Source of the DNA: a virus
Lineage: Duplodnaviria > Caudoviricetes
DNA: 63,696 nucleotides
IMG/VR virus record: IMGVR_UViG_3300049167_000064
Location: 1 to 63,696 of that record
Reading direction: 5' to 3' (one strand)
Translations under genes and position numbers: made by a program
Part shown: piece by piece, positions 1-8,355 of the stretch
How the letters are laid out: each line of letters begins with the position of its first letter
Numbering within the stretch: position 1 is the first letter of the stretch
The notes under the pieces: model-generated
Told to the model about the DNA's origin: nothing
Database searches by the model: none
What the model saw: only the letters and a program-made list of their open reading frames with translations

Positions 1-684
1 GCTGGTGCCCTCCCGGGTGCCGATCGAGGGTCCGCCGGAGGTGGCGGACCAGCTGCTCGCCGAGTTGGTGCAGTGTCCGGCGGTCAGGAAGTAACGGGTC
101 GTCGCCTTGGACACGTTGAAGGCGGCGGAGCAGCGGTAGCCGCCGCCGTAGATCGCGTCGCCGCCCGCCACCTCCTTCTTGAACTCGCCGGCGACGCGCT
201 TGATGCTCACGGCGTCCCCGAGCCGGGCGGCGACGCCCCGCAGCTTCGCCATGGAGGCCGCGGACACGGTGCTGTCGGCCTCGACCGCGACCTTGTTGGT
301 CGACGGGTCGATTCCCCACGACGTTCCGGTGATCTTCGCCTTGGACTCCAAGGTGTCCATGGCGGCCCGCAGCTGGGCCATGCTCCGGGTGACGAGCTCG
401 GCGCGGGCCCCGGTCGCCCGCACCTCCTCCGCGGCCGCGGCGTCGGTGACGGTCACGACGAGTTCGCCGCTGGCGGCGTCGAGGTACGAGCCGGCGGTGC
501 GGTCGCCGAGATCGCGTTCGAGAGCGGTGTGCAGGCTGTACTGGGCGGGTGAGGCGGCGACGCCGGGGCTCGGGTTCCCGGCGGCCTCGGCCTCGGCGGC
601 GCCGGCCGTTCCGGAGCCGAGGCCGACGGCGGTCAGGGCCAGCAGGGCGGGAAGGCAGATGCGCGCGCGGAGCGTGCGTCTCAT
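1..684 (-). CDS. Secreted S1 serine protease (streptogrisin/alpha-lytic protease-like), 3' end outside window
   Basis: Manual translation: signal peptide MRRTLRARICLPALLAL, prodomain, then VAGGDAIYGGGYRCSAAFNV...YFLTAGHC (catalytic His motif). Confidence 0.9.
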   Translation of the reverse strand, partial: MRRTLRARICLPALLALTAVGLGSGTAGAAEAEAAGNPSPGVAASPAQYSLHTALERDLGDRTAGSYLDAASGELVVTVTDAAAAEEVRATGARAELVTRSMAQLRAAMDTLESKAKITGTSWGIDPSTNKVAVEADSTVSAASMAKLRGVAARLGDAVSIKRVAGEFKKEVAGGDAIYGGGYRCSAAFNVSKATTRYFLTAGHCTNSASSWSATSGGPSIGTREGTS

Positions 685-730
685 GGGGGGCTTCTCCTTC
701 ATTCGAGTCCGTGGGGGTGCCTGACGGCAA

Positions 731-746
731 AGTGGACTGGACCAGT
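731..746. promoter_or_regulatory. DasR-responsive element (dre)-like site
   Basis: AGTGGACTGGACCAGT, 2 mismatches to AGTGGTCTAGACCAGT, upstream of the protease start. Confidence 0.6.
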
Positions 747-812
747 CCGGAGTGCGGACTCAATGTGGCATGGCCCTGACACGGGCACAAGACCGTCGTC
801 AGCGGCTTGCGC

Positions 813-1655
813 CTACTGGCCGGAGGCAATCACCGGATAGTGGTCGCTGAGGTTCGTGTACGTGTACGTGGTCCCCCAGCTGGAGACGGACCACGGCACG
901 CTGACCTCCTTGATCACCTCATTGGTCCAGCCGGAGGGCCTGGCGTGCCCCGCGCGGTGCAGCACGTGGTCGAGGTCCTCCCGCGGGTCGTCGGGGTAGC
1001 GCTCCGCCGCGATCGAGTTCTCCTCGGTGTCGAAGGAGTACGGGTGTCCGGTCCGCGCGTCCGCCCCGGCCAGGCCGGCGTCGGCAAGCATCGAGGTGTA
1101 CTCGGCCGAGTGGGAGTCCACGTTGAAGTCGCCCGCCACGACGACCTGTTCGGACGCCGGGATGTTCTTGGCGTCCAGGAAGGCGTCCATCGCCCGGAAC
1201 TGACGGCTGCGCATCTCGGCCGCCTCACCCGCGTCACAGCCGGGGTCGGTGGACTGCGCGTGCGTGCCCACCACGTGCACCCTGGTGCCGTTCACATCGA
1301 GGACGGTGTAGACGAAGCCCTTGTTCGACCACCAGTCGGCGCCGCACGCGTCCTTGTAGACGTACTGCTCCTTGCGGATGATCGGCCACTTGCTGAGGAC
1401 CGCGACCCCGCCGTCCTCCGGGGTGGTCGACGAGTACGAGCCGCCGGTCGCGTCCCAGCCGTCCTTGCCCCGGCCCATCACCGGCGTACGGTGCGGGTAC
1501 TGGGCGGCGGCGCCCCGCAGCAGCGCGTCGGACGAGGAGTTGTCGAACGCCTCCTGGAGCACGACGACGTCGTTGCCCTGGAAGAAGGCCGCCGCCGGTA
1601 TGGCGGCGGCCCGGTGGTCCTGGCCCCAGTTCGGGTAGAGGGACTTGCTGAACAG
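813..1655 (-). pseudogene. sph: Sphingomyelinase C (EEP family), 3' part of gene interrupted by prophage
   Basis: LFSKSLYPNWGQ...DVVVLQEAF...SNKGF...GTHAQ...AGDFN...LSDHYPV motifs; lacks its own start; continues in frame at 61884-62042 after prophage removal. Confidence 0.9.
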
Positions 1656-1674
1656 AAAGGCAGCCTAACTGTAG
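1645..1674. other. Left attachment junction (core 1645-1655 plus phage arm GCCTAACTGTAG 1663-1674)
   Basis: Core is repeated at 61873; arm is the reverse complement of CTACAGTTAGGC at 61857-61868. Confidence 0.92.
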
Positions 1675-1704
1675 GATGTACCCGAACCAGGGAGGGAGGG
1701 GCCG

Positions 1705-3258
1705 ATGTCCGACACGGACATTGAACGGCCGTATGACGGCTGCGGACTGTGCTTCGTAGGTCTACGCCGATTGTCCCGCAAGACCGACGCCACGTCGTCG
1801 CCCGAACGCCAACGAGCGATGGTGATCGACGCTGTTCGATCTGTCGGGGGCCACATCATCGCGTGGGCCGACGACTGGGAGGTGTCAGGAGCCACTGACC
1901 CCATGACGCGTCCGAAGCTGGGACCGTGGCTGCGGAACAAGATGGGCCCGTACAACGGTGTGGCAGCTGCGGCCGTAGACCGGCTGGGACGTAACCTCGT
2001 CGACTGCCTCAACACCGGCTACATGATGCGGGACACAGGCAAGATGCTCGTCACATACGGGCACGAAGGGCCGTGGGACCTGAACGACCCCGCGGACGAA
2101 AACCGATTCACTCTGGAGGCATGGAGCGCGCAAATGGAGTTGCGCGCAATTCAGAAGCGCAATCAGAGCACGACCGTCTCTGAGCGGGAAAAGGGACGGA
2201 AGCGCGGACGCCACGCCTACGGATACCGGTACGTCCGTCTCTACGCGAAAGCGGCTATCGATCACGTCGCGCTGGACCACGGAGAGACATTTCCGGAAGA
2301 ACTCCGGGAACGGGAGGACGCCGCAAAGAACATCCGCGACGTGGCTCGTCGAATTCTGACGGATACCACGGGACAAGTCACCGTCGACAGTGAAGCCGCG
2401 CGCCTCACTCGAGCCGGCGTCTATTCCCCGATGGACCACACCCGCGCCATGAGCGGAAAGCCAACCCGCGGTTCAGCGTGGGACGGTGAAGCGATCCGGA
2501 AAATGCTCGTGTCGGAAGCCGCGTTGGGCTACCTCATGCACAAGGGGAAGCCCGTGATCGGGGACGACGGGAAGCCGATCCAGCTTGCGGAGCCCCTTTG
2601 GAACCGGGCCACCCATGAGGCACTACTGAAGCGGCTCCGTCCGAAGCCGCGGAAGAAGCGCGCACAGTCGGGGACGCACCTCGTCTCCGAAGTGAGCACC
2701 TGTGGGAACTGCGGCTACCGGCTGTACCGCACGGGGGCTCCGGTGTCCATGACGTGCATGTCGCGTCGTCACGGACTCACCGACTGCCAGCCGTCACCCA
2801 CCATCCAAGTGAGCATCCTGGAGGAGAAGGTCAGGAACGTCTTCCTGACCGACTTCGGGGACCACATGTTCATGGAGATGGTGTACGACCCGGGCAACGG
2901 CAACGAAGAGGCGCTAGCGGGCGCTCGAGCGGCTCGTAAGCGGCTCCGTGACGACCGTGAGGCGGGGCTCTACGAGGACGAAGAGGACGCGGAGTGGTAC
3001 CGGTCTCGGTACGAGCAACTGACGGCTGAGATCAAGAAACTTGCCGCGGAACCTGTGCGGCCGGCGGGAATGATCTCGCGTCCCACGGGCCGCACGGTGG
3101 CGATGGAGTGGCACTCGGCTGCCGATGACGGAGTTCGGCGGGGGCTCCTACAGGAGTTCGGCGTCTCCATCAAGGTCTGGCCCGAAGGGCACGAGCCGAG
3201 AGTTCTCATCTCGTCGGAGCTGGAGAGCTTCGAGGGGGTCTCTTTGGTAACGAAGTGA
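1705..3258 (+). CDS. int: Large serine integrase
   Basis: RLS...SPERQ catalytic region, DRLGR, recombinase domain, CxxC zinc ribbon, coiled coil; adjacent to att. Confidence 0.95.
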   Translation: MSDTDIERPYDGCGLCFVGLRRLSRKTDATSSPERQRAMVIDAVRSVGGHIIAWADDWEVSGATDPMTRPKLGPWLRNKMGPYNGVAAAAVDRLGRNLVDCLNTGYMMRDTGKMLVTYGHEGPWDLNDPADENRFTLEAWSAQMELRAIQKRNQSTTVSEREKGRKRGRHAYGYRYVRLYAKAAIDHVALDHGETFPEELREREDAAKNIRDVARRILTDTTGQVTVDSEAARLTRAGVYSPMDHTRAMSGKPTRGSAWDGEAIRKMLVSEAALGYLMHKGKPVIGDDGKPIQLAEPLWNRATHEALLKRLRPKPRKKRAQSGTHLVSEVSTCGNCGYRLYRTGAPVSMTCMSRRHGLTDCQPSPTIQVSILEEKVRNVFLTDFGDHMFMEMVYDPGNGNEEALAGARAARKRLRDDREAGLYEDEEDAEWYRSRYEQLTAEIKKLAAEPVRPAGMISRPTGRTVAMEWHSAADDGVRRGLLQEFGVSIKVWPEGHEPRVLISSELESFEGVSLVTK

Positions 3259-3444
3259 TAACAGACTGACGGGAGTGTGTGGAGCCTCGTCGGCCCTGCA
3301 TGCTCCCGTCGTCGGCCAAATTCGTCCGCCTCGTCGACGTCGAACGGAGCCGCCTCGTCCACAGGGTCCTGTGGATAACTGCGGAGAGTGGTGACGAGGG
3401 GTCAATTGTGCACGCCGGGTTACGAGATGAGCCCAACTGAGGGT

Positions 3445-3529
3445 CAAACTGTCAAACTAACCCCTATTTCCACAACTCTCCAACACGCGTTAAGAGGTTT
3501 TGGAAATAGGGGGTAAGTTTGACGGTTTG
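3445..3529. repeat. Long AT-rich imperfect inverted repeat, copy 1
   Basis: CAAACTGTCAAACTAACCCCTATTTCCA...TGGAAATAGGGGGTAAGTTTGACGGTTTG; related copy at 31152-31232. Confidence 0.85.
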
Positions 3530-3567
3530 CACACGCCCCGCGGAGGAGGGCGCGGACCATGATCATT

Positions 3568-3596
3568 CCCGCGTCACGTGCACCCCATAACTAAGG
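3568..3596 (+). promoter_or_regulatory. Class B phage motif, short-spacer variant, upstream of RNA island
   Basis: CCCGCGTCAC-GT-GCACCCCATAACTAAGG; shared with 4 other sites. Confidence 0.65.
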
Positions 3597-3685
3597 TAGG
3601 AGGGAAGATCGACGGACGCCGGCGACTGGCGCGGCTCCCGACTCCCTCTCCCGACGACCGGCGCCGCTCCTGCGCTCCCCGTACT

Positions 3686-3847
3686 CTCCTCCGGGTAGAT
3701 GCGCGGTAGAGCGGCCCCGGTCGTTCATAGGTTTCCCGTCGACGTCCAGGGGACGGACGACGAGGATGAAGGTACGGGGCCGCTTCGGCGGGAAAGCCAC
3801 CTCCCCAAGAACGTCGGTGCCGCACGCTACCGGGATAACCGGAGGGG
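3686..3847 (+). ncRNA. Candidate structured RNA ahead of the tRNA cluster
   Basis: Nested stems 3686-3694/3839-3847 and perfect 10 bp 3710-3719/3775-3784; no credible ORF. Confidence 0.45.
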
Positions 3848-3870
3848 CCGCGGATTGGCTCGACGTCACT

Positions 3871-3945
3871 GGTCTCGTAGCTCAGCCTGGATAGAGCACC
3901 GGACTACGAATCCGGGTGGCGGAGGTTCGAATCCTTCCGGGACCA
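3871..3945 (+). tRNA. tRNA-Arg(ACG)
   Basis: Cloverleaf, anticodon arm CCGGA-CTACGAA-TCCGG, GGTTCGAATCC T arm. Confidence 0.93.
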
Positions 3946-4018
3946 CGTCAGGAACGGCACCGAGAGCGTATAGCGGTCGGGGTGCCCCGGGGCAGGGGTG
4001 ATGCGGTTCGCCTGCCGA

Positions 4019-4100
4019 CGTCGCGCGGTGTGAGGCAGTACACGCGCGCCGAAGAGCACACCCGGCGGTGTAATCGTGGGTTCAAATCCCACCGCGACGT
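4019..4100 (+). ncRNA. Atypical tRNA / pseudo-tRNA with 11-nt anticodon loop
   Basis: Acceptor CGTCGCG/CGCGACG, T arm GTGGG-TTCAAAT-CCCAC, anticodon stem CGCCG/CGGCG around AAGAGCACACC. Confidence 0.65.
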
Positions 4101-4103
4101 CAA

Positions 4104-4175
4104 GCCCCTGTAGCTCAGCGGAAGAGCGGCGTCCTCGTAAGACGCGGGTCACAGGTTCGAATCCTGTTGGGGGCT
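4104..4175 (+). tRNA. tRNA-Thr(CGT)
   Basis: Cloverleaf, GCGTC-CTCGTAA-GACGC anticodon arm. Confidence 0.93.
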
Positions 4176-4270
4176 CTGCTGTGGCGGTGCCCTGGGGCAG
4201 ACCGGGAGCTGCATAGAGGTCGTGGCCTAGCGGCGCGACGGCCGACACCCGGGCCTCACGGTCCGGACGA

Positions 4271-4341
4271 ATGGGCGTAGCTCAGTGGTAGAGCAGCGGT
4301 CTCCAAAACCGCCCGCGGAGGTTCGATTCCTCCCGCCTGTG
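4271..4341 (+). tRNA. tRNA-Trp(CCA)
   Basis: Cloverleaf, GCGGT-CTCCAAA-ACCGC anticodon arm. Confidence 0.92.
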
Positions 4342-4450
4342 CTTTCCGACGCTGACGCCTCCGCTCCGGAGGTCGGGTGAGCCTGATGCCTGTCACGAGG
4401 CGGACGGCGGGCCGAAGCGGTGCGTGACGCCGTGGAGGAAGGCAGCACAT

Positions 4451-4522
4451 TCCCCGTTGGTCCAATTGGCAGGACGCCAGGCTCTGGACCTGGAGGACGA
4501 GGTTCGAATCCTTGACGGGGAG
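4451..4522 (+). tRNA. tRNA-Gln(CTG)
   Basis: Cloverleaf, CCAGG-CTCTGGA-CCTGG anticodon arm. Confidence 0.92.
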
Positions 4523-4595
4523 CCGGTCGGGCGGTGTGTCCCAAGTCCGCAGGAGAAGAGCTCCGGAGTGCCGTAAAGGAGCGACCCGACCACAC

Positions 4596-4668
4596 CGGGA
4601 CGTAGTTCAGAGGTCAGAGCACCCGCTTTGGGAGCGGGGAGTCGGAGGTTCGAATCCTCCCGTCCCGA
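4596..4668 (+). tRNA. tRNA-Pro(TGG)
   Basis: Cloverleaf, CCCGC-TTTGGGA-GCGGG anticodon arm. Confidence 0.92.
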
Positions 4669-4762
4669 CAAACGACGAGCGCCCCCGAAGCTGTACACAT
4701 CGGGGGAGCTCAGTTCTTTACTCTACGCCCCGACGTCCGGGGTCCTACCCCCTGGAGTCAAA

Positions 4763-5092
4763 ATGCCTCGTGCTGAGCTGTCCGTGACGACCTTCACCCG
4801 CGCTGGCGTCGCCCTCGTAGCGACCACGGGCGACCCGGTGAACAACCACACGATCGTCAACGACGGCAGGACCGGCGTCATCGTGGAGAACACGGGGTCG
4901 ACGGTGAGTCGCACCGTGACGTTCCACATCCGTCAGACCGTGGACGGCTTCGCCGTTGCCCCGCGGACGGAGACGCTGGCCGTCGGGGAGAGCCAGGGCT
5001 TCGGCCCGTTCGACCCCAACGAGTACGGCAGCCGACTCCTGATCGACGTCGACAACGCTGAGCTGAAGCTGACCCCGATTCGGATCGGCTAG
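4763..5092 (+). CDS. Hypothetical beta-rich phage protein (possibly virion-associated)
   Basis: GGAG RBS, ATG at 4763, 109 aa, followed by a hairpin. Confidence 0.75.
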   Translation: MPRAELSVTTFTRAGVALVATTGDPVNNHTIVNDGRTGVIVENTGSTVSRTVTFHIRQTVDGFAVAPRTETLAVGESQGFGPFDPNEYGSRLLIDVDNAELKLTPIRIG

Positions 5093-5102
5093 CCCAACAA
5101 CG

Positions 5103-5141
5103 CAGCCCCGCCCCGGAGGAGAGTTCCCGGGAGCGGGGCTG
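5103..5141. terminator. GC-rich hairpin between convergent genes
   Basis: CAGCCCCGC...GCGGGGCTG. Confidence 0.6.
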
Positions 5142-5289
5142 AGCTATTTCCGGAGGCGCCATGGCTCGCATGCTTCGAGCCCGCGCGACGGTTGTCCAGT
5201 GGGCCAGCGCGACGTACGCCTACGACGTGACGGGAAACCTTCGCGCACGCGAGGAACGCGCATGGCGACGCGAGTGGGGCGCGGACGAG

Positions 5290-5901
5290 CTACTTCGGCA
5301 GCTTGATCGTGAACAGCGGTCCCGTAGCTTCGGGATCACCGCTCCCGCCGTAGCTGACGATGCCACCTCGTCGGGCGACGTCCAGGATCATGGATCCCGT
5401 GACTGATTGCCCTGGCTTGTAGGTGGTGTCGAGATCCGGACCGTCACCGACGCCTTCGAGCGTCGTGGCGTCCTGAGCGGCTGTCTCGTCGTCCTCCCAC
5501 TGCATCACTCCGTAGCCCGCGAATTCGGCTGGAGCCTGACCCACGTTCTTCAGCGTGAGCGTCAGCTTCACGAACTGACCGTGTTCCGGCTCGTTCGACG
5601 TGTTGATCTCAGCCGGCGTCACGTACTTCGCGCTGACGACGGTCACTTGCAACTTCGACGTGACCTTGAAGTTCTCTCCGTACTCGTCCGTCTCGCCCAC
5701 GTCGAAGGAGCCCGTCTCCCCGACGCTCAGCGCGGGAACGGGGGCTGCGGAGGACGTCGCTTCCGACGGTTCCGGAGACGCCTCCACAGACGATTGCGGC
5801 TGCGGGCTGGCGTCCTTTTCTTCGCTCCCGCTGGAGCACCCCACCACGAACAAAGACAGCACCACGGCCGGCACCACGGCACGGCGAATGTAAGCGCACA
5901 T
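5290..5901 (-). CDS. Lipoprotein, DUF4352-like Ig-fold (moron)
   Basis: Lipobox LFVVGC, Ser/Pro/Glu linker, LTLKNVG and KPGQSVTG motifs; start codon uncertain. Confidence 0.75.
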   Translation of the reverse strand: MCAYIRRAVVPAVVLSLFVVGCSSGSEEKDASPQPQSSVEASPEPSEATSSAAPVPALSVGETGSFDVGETDEYGENFKVTSKLQVTVVSAKYVTPAEINTSNEPEHGQFVKLTLTLKNVGQAPAEFAGYGVMQWEDDETAAQDATTLEGVGDGPDLDTTYKPGQSVTGSMILDVARRGGIVSYGGSGDPEATGPLFTIKLPK

Positions 5902-5984
5902 AGCGCAACCCCCCATGAGACGCGGCTCTGTAGGGCCGCACAGGGCAGCCAGCGTAAGGCATAGGCGGACTAGGAGGTGGCGGT

Positions 5985-6290
5985 ATGGCGTGGTCAGGTA
6001 GCACCCGCAGAAGCCGCCTCCCGAAGGACTGGCCCGCGATTGTGCGCCGCATCAAGAGGCGTGATCAGTACCGCTGTACCACGCTCTTCGAGGTGTCAGG
6101 ACGCTGCACACAGCGGGGTACTGATGTGGACCACATCATCCCTGGCGATGACCACAGTGACGACAATCTGAGGTTGCTGTGTAGGTGGTGCCACACACAG
6201 AAGAGCTCCAGTGAGGGCGGCACTGCAGCGGCCCGTATGCGCGTGCGTATACAGCGCCCACCTACTACACACCCTGCACTGGAGGACTAG
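5985..6290 (+). CDS. HNH endonuclease (packaging-associated)
   Basis: RDQYRC...DVDHIIPGDDH..DNLRLLCRWCH; upstream of terminase. Confidence 0.9.
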   Translation: MAWSGSTRRSRLPKDWPAIVRRIKRRDQYRCTTLFEVSGRCTQRGTDVDHIIPGDDHSDDNLRLLCRWCHTQKSSSEGGTAAARMRVRIQRPPTTHPALED

Positions 6291-6293
6291 CCC

Positions 6294-6551
6294 ATGAGCG
6301 GTGCCCACGTGGTGGTGGAGGAGGCGGACGACACGGGTGAGGACGGCGTGAGCGCGACTCGTGTCATGGTCAACGGCGTTGACGTCGGACTGATCGCGAA
6401 CGCTCCGAAGATCAAGGTCGGAACTCGAAGCGGTCGAAGCGTCACAACGATCACGCTGACGCTCATCCCGTCGCGCCTGGAGGTGCGTGGGGAGCTGGCC
6501 GACGGTGATCGTCGCGAGCCTCGAGCCGGCTTCACGGCCAAGATCGACTAG
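6294..6551 (+). CDS. Hypothetical protein
   Basis: GGAGG RBS, directly follows HNH gene. Confidence 0.65.
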   Translation: MSGAHVVVEEADDTGEDGVSATRVMVNGVDVGLIANAPKIKVGTRSGRSVTTITLTLIPSRLEVRGELADGDRREPRAGFTAKID

Positions 6552-6804
6552 CCCTGACCAGGGGGGTGACCCCCTGCCGGCCGCACTGGAGACCGTACAG
6601 GTGCTGGGTTTCGCGTTCTGTACGGGTCTGGGGGATGCCGCACAGGCGCCCGTAGGAGCCCGCTGGAGCCCCGAACGCCGGCCTCTTGGACTGTCGCGGA
6701 CCCCGGATCGGGAGGCGGGCGTACAGCCAGCCGGTACGAGTCCACTCCATATCGGTGCAGGTCAGGCACTGGACTACCGTTACACGCCCCGTTAGACTGG
6801 ACCC

Positions 6805-7410
6805 ATGAACACACCGACTTGCGCACACGAGAGCTGCAACGAGCAGCTGGGAGCGAGGCACTCGCACCGCGCGCGCTTCTGCTCTACGCGCTGTCGGGTG
6901 GCTGCCCATCGAGCAGCGAAGACGGACCCGCTCCCCGTGGAGCTGAAGACCCGCGACAGGTGGGTCCGACGAGCCGCGGATAAGCGCCCGCTGACGACGG
7001 CCGGCAAGGCTGCGTCGTCGACGAACGCGCGCACCTGGAGCACCTACGCGGAGGCGTCTGCCTCCCACATCGGCACCGGACTGGGCTTCGTCCTCTCCGA
7101 CGTCGACGACGTGGTCTGTCTCGACCTGGACCACTGCCTTAACCCGCTCACTGGCCGTCTGAAGCCGTGGGCCGCAGCCATCTTGCGCGACGCGGGCGCC
7201 ACCTACGTAGAGGTGTCCCCGTCGGGCGATGGACTGCACATCTGGGGTCGCGCCGACGTCCGACATGGACGGCGCATCCGACGCCCCGACGGTACAGCCG
7301 TGGAGATCTACGGAACTGGCCGATACATCGCAATGACGGGCCGCCGACATGGCTCTTGCCCGTCGATCCTCGCGGACCTCTCCGCGGTGGTTTCCAAGCT
7401 GACGGCGTAG
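6805..7410 (+). CDS. Prim-pol-like domain protein with N-terminal Zn motif
   Basis: GLGF...CLDLD...YVEVSPSGDGLHIW...EIY..GRY. Confidence 0.8.
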   Translation: MNTPTCAHESCNEQLGARHSHRARFCSTRCRVAAHRAAKTDPLPVELKTRDRWVRRAADKRPLTTAGKAASSTNARTWSTYAEASASHIGTGLGFVLSDVDDVVCLDLDHCLNPLTGRLKPWAAAILRDAGATYVEVSPSGDGLHIWGRADVRHGRRIRRPDGTAVEIYGTGRYIAMTGRRHGSCPSILADLSAVVSKLTA

Positions 7411-7458
7411 CCCCCGACATGGGACGGCGCCCGCCGTTCCTACTCGGGAGGTACCCCC

Positions 7459-7719
7459 GTGCCGCGATTTCGTAAGAAGCCCGTTGAAGTCGAAGCCATG
7501 TTGATGGCAGAGCCCAACACCCCGGATGACGTAGCCCGATGGTGTGGCGGACGAGTCGTCGGCAACGGCGTTACATTCGCCCCGTACAGCATCGAGATAG
7601 ACACCCTTGAAGGCACCATGCGTGGTGAGTACGGAGACTGGATCATCCGCGGGGTGCAGGGTGAGTTTTACCCCTGTAAGCCTGACATCTTCGCAGCCAC
7701 CTACGACGAGGTGGTCTGA
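7459..7719 (+). CDS. Conserved small phage protein (PGDYG-like)
   Basis: IDTLEGTM...GDWIIRGVQGEFYPCKPDIF. Confidence 0.8.
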   Translation: MPRFRKKPVEVEAMLMAEPNTPDDVARWCGGRVVGNGVTFAPYSIEIDTLEGTMRGEYGDWIIRGVQGEFYPCKPDIFAATYDEVV

Positions 7720-7898
7720 TGTGCTCGCACCCGGACCACGAGATCGTAGAGCGCGCTGACGGCATCGTCGAAGAGACGCACGTCTGGGTTACCGCTGACA
7801 TACAGCGGCTCACCGACGCAGTTTCGCGGATGGCTGTGGCCGTCGACTACGCGGCCCGCGGATTCCAGCTCCTGACGCTCGTTGCGGATGGTGACTGA
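7719..7898 (+). CDS. Hypothetical protein (59 aa)
   Basis: TGATG overlaps at both ends. Confidence 0.6.
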   Translation: MCSHPDHEIVERADGIVEETHVWVTADIQRLTDAVSRMAVAVDYAARGFQLLTLVADGD

Positions 7899-8347
7899 TG
7901 GCCGGCCGCGGACCCGCCCCAAAGGACCCAACGAAGCGGCGCCGGCGCAACGCCGCGGAGCCGGAGACTGTGATCTCCCCTGACGACGAACTCCGCGGCC
8001 CCGATCTGCCGGAGGGAATCCTCCCCAACGACGAGGAATGGCACCCGCGCACGCTTCAATGGTGGCAGACCTGGCGGGAGTCCCCGCAGGCGACGACGTT
8101 CATCGACACCGACTGGGACTTCCTGATCGACACCGCGCTCCTTCACCACGTCATGTGGACAAAGGGCCGCTGGGAGTTCGCCTCAGAGGTGCGCCTCCGT
8201 GCCGCAAAATACGGCGCCACGCCGGAGGACAGGGCCCGGTTGAAGCTGAAGGTCGACGATCCCACGGCAACGCGTCAGGCGCCCGTACAGAGCTCCGCGC
8301 CGAACGTTTCTGACATCAACTCGCGCAGGGCGCGTCTCACAGGCTAG
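7898..8347 (+). CDS. terS: Terminase small subunit
   Basis: MAGRGPAPK...RRRN, GATPEDRARL; precedes TerL. Confidence 0.88.
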   Translation: MAGRGPAPKDPTKRRRRNAAEPETVISPDDELRGPDLPEGILPNDEEWHPRTLQWWQTWRESPQATTFIDTDWDFLIDTALLHHVMWTKGRWEFASEVRLRAAKYGATPEDRARLKLKVDDPTATRQAPVQSSAPNVSDINSRRARLTG

Positions 8348-8355
8348 GAGCCGGA

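Noticed and set aside
813-1562. Stand-alone 249-aa sphingomyelinase from the ORF track
   Set aside because: Internal start without signal peptide or first catalytic strand; the real 5' end is at 62042
3445-3529. Protelomerase hairpin-telomere site or IS ends
   Set aside because: No protelomerase or transposase recognised; the palindromes are imperfect and the phage integrates
4525-4592. Twister-like GTCCCAAGT motif in the Gln-Pro spacer
   Set aside because: The partner needed for the T1 pseudoknot (GAGGG-like) and a P1 stem could not be built
3946-4760. Theta/HDV-like or pistol ribozymes after the tRNAs
   Set aside because: Could not build the required nested pseudoknot topology by eye; needs a descriptor search
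5161-5406. 81-aa plus-strand ORF with a GGAGG upstream
   Set aside because: Overlaps the 3' end of the better-supported lipoprotein on the other strand; not excluded but unsupported
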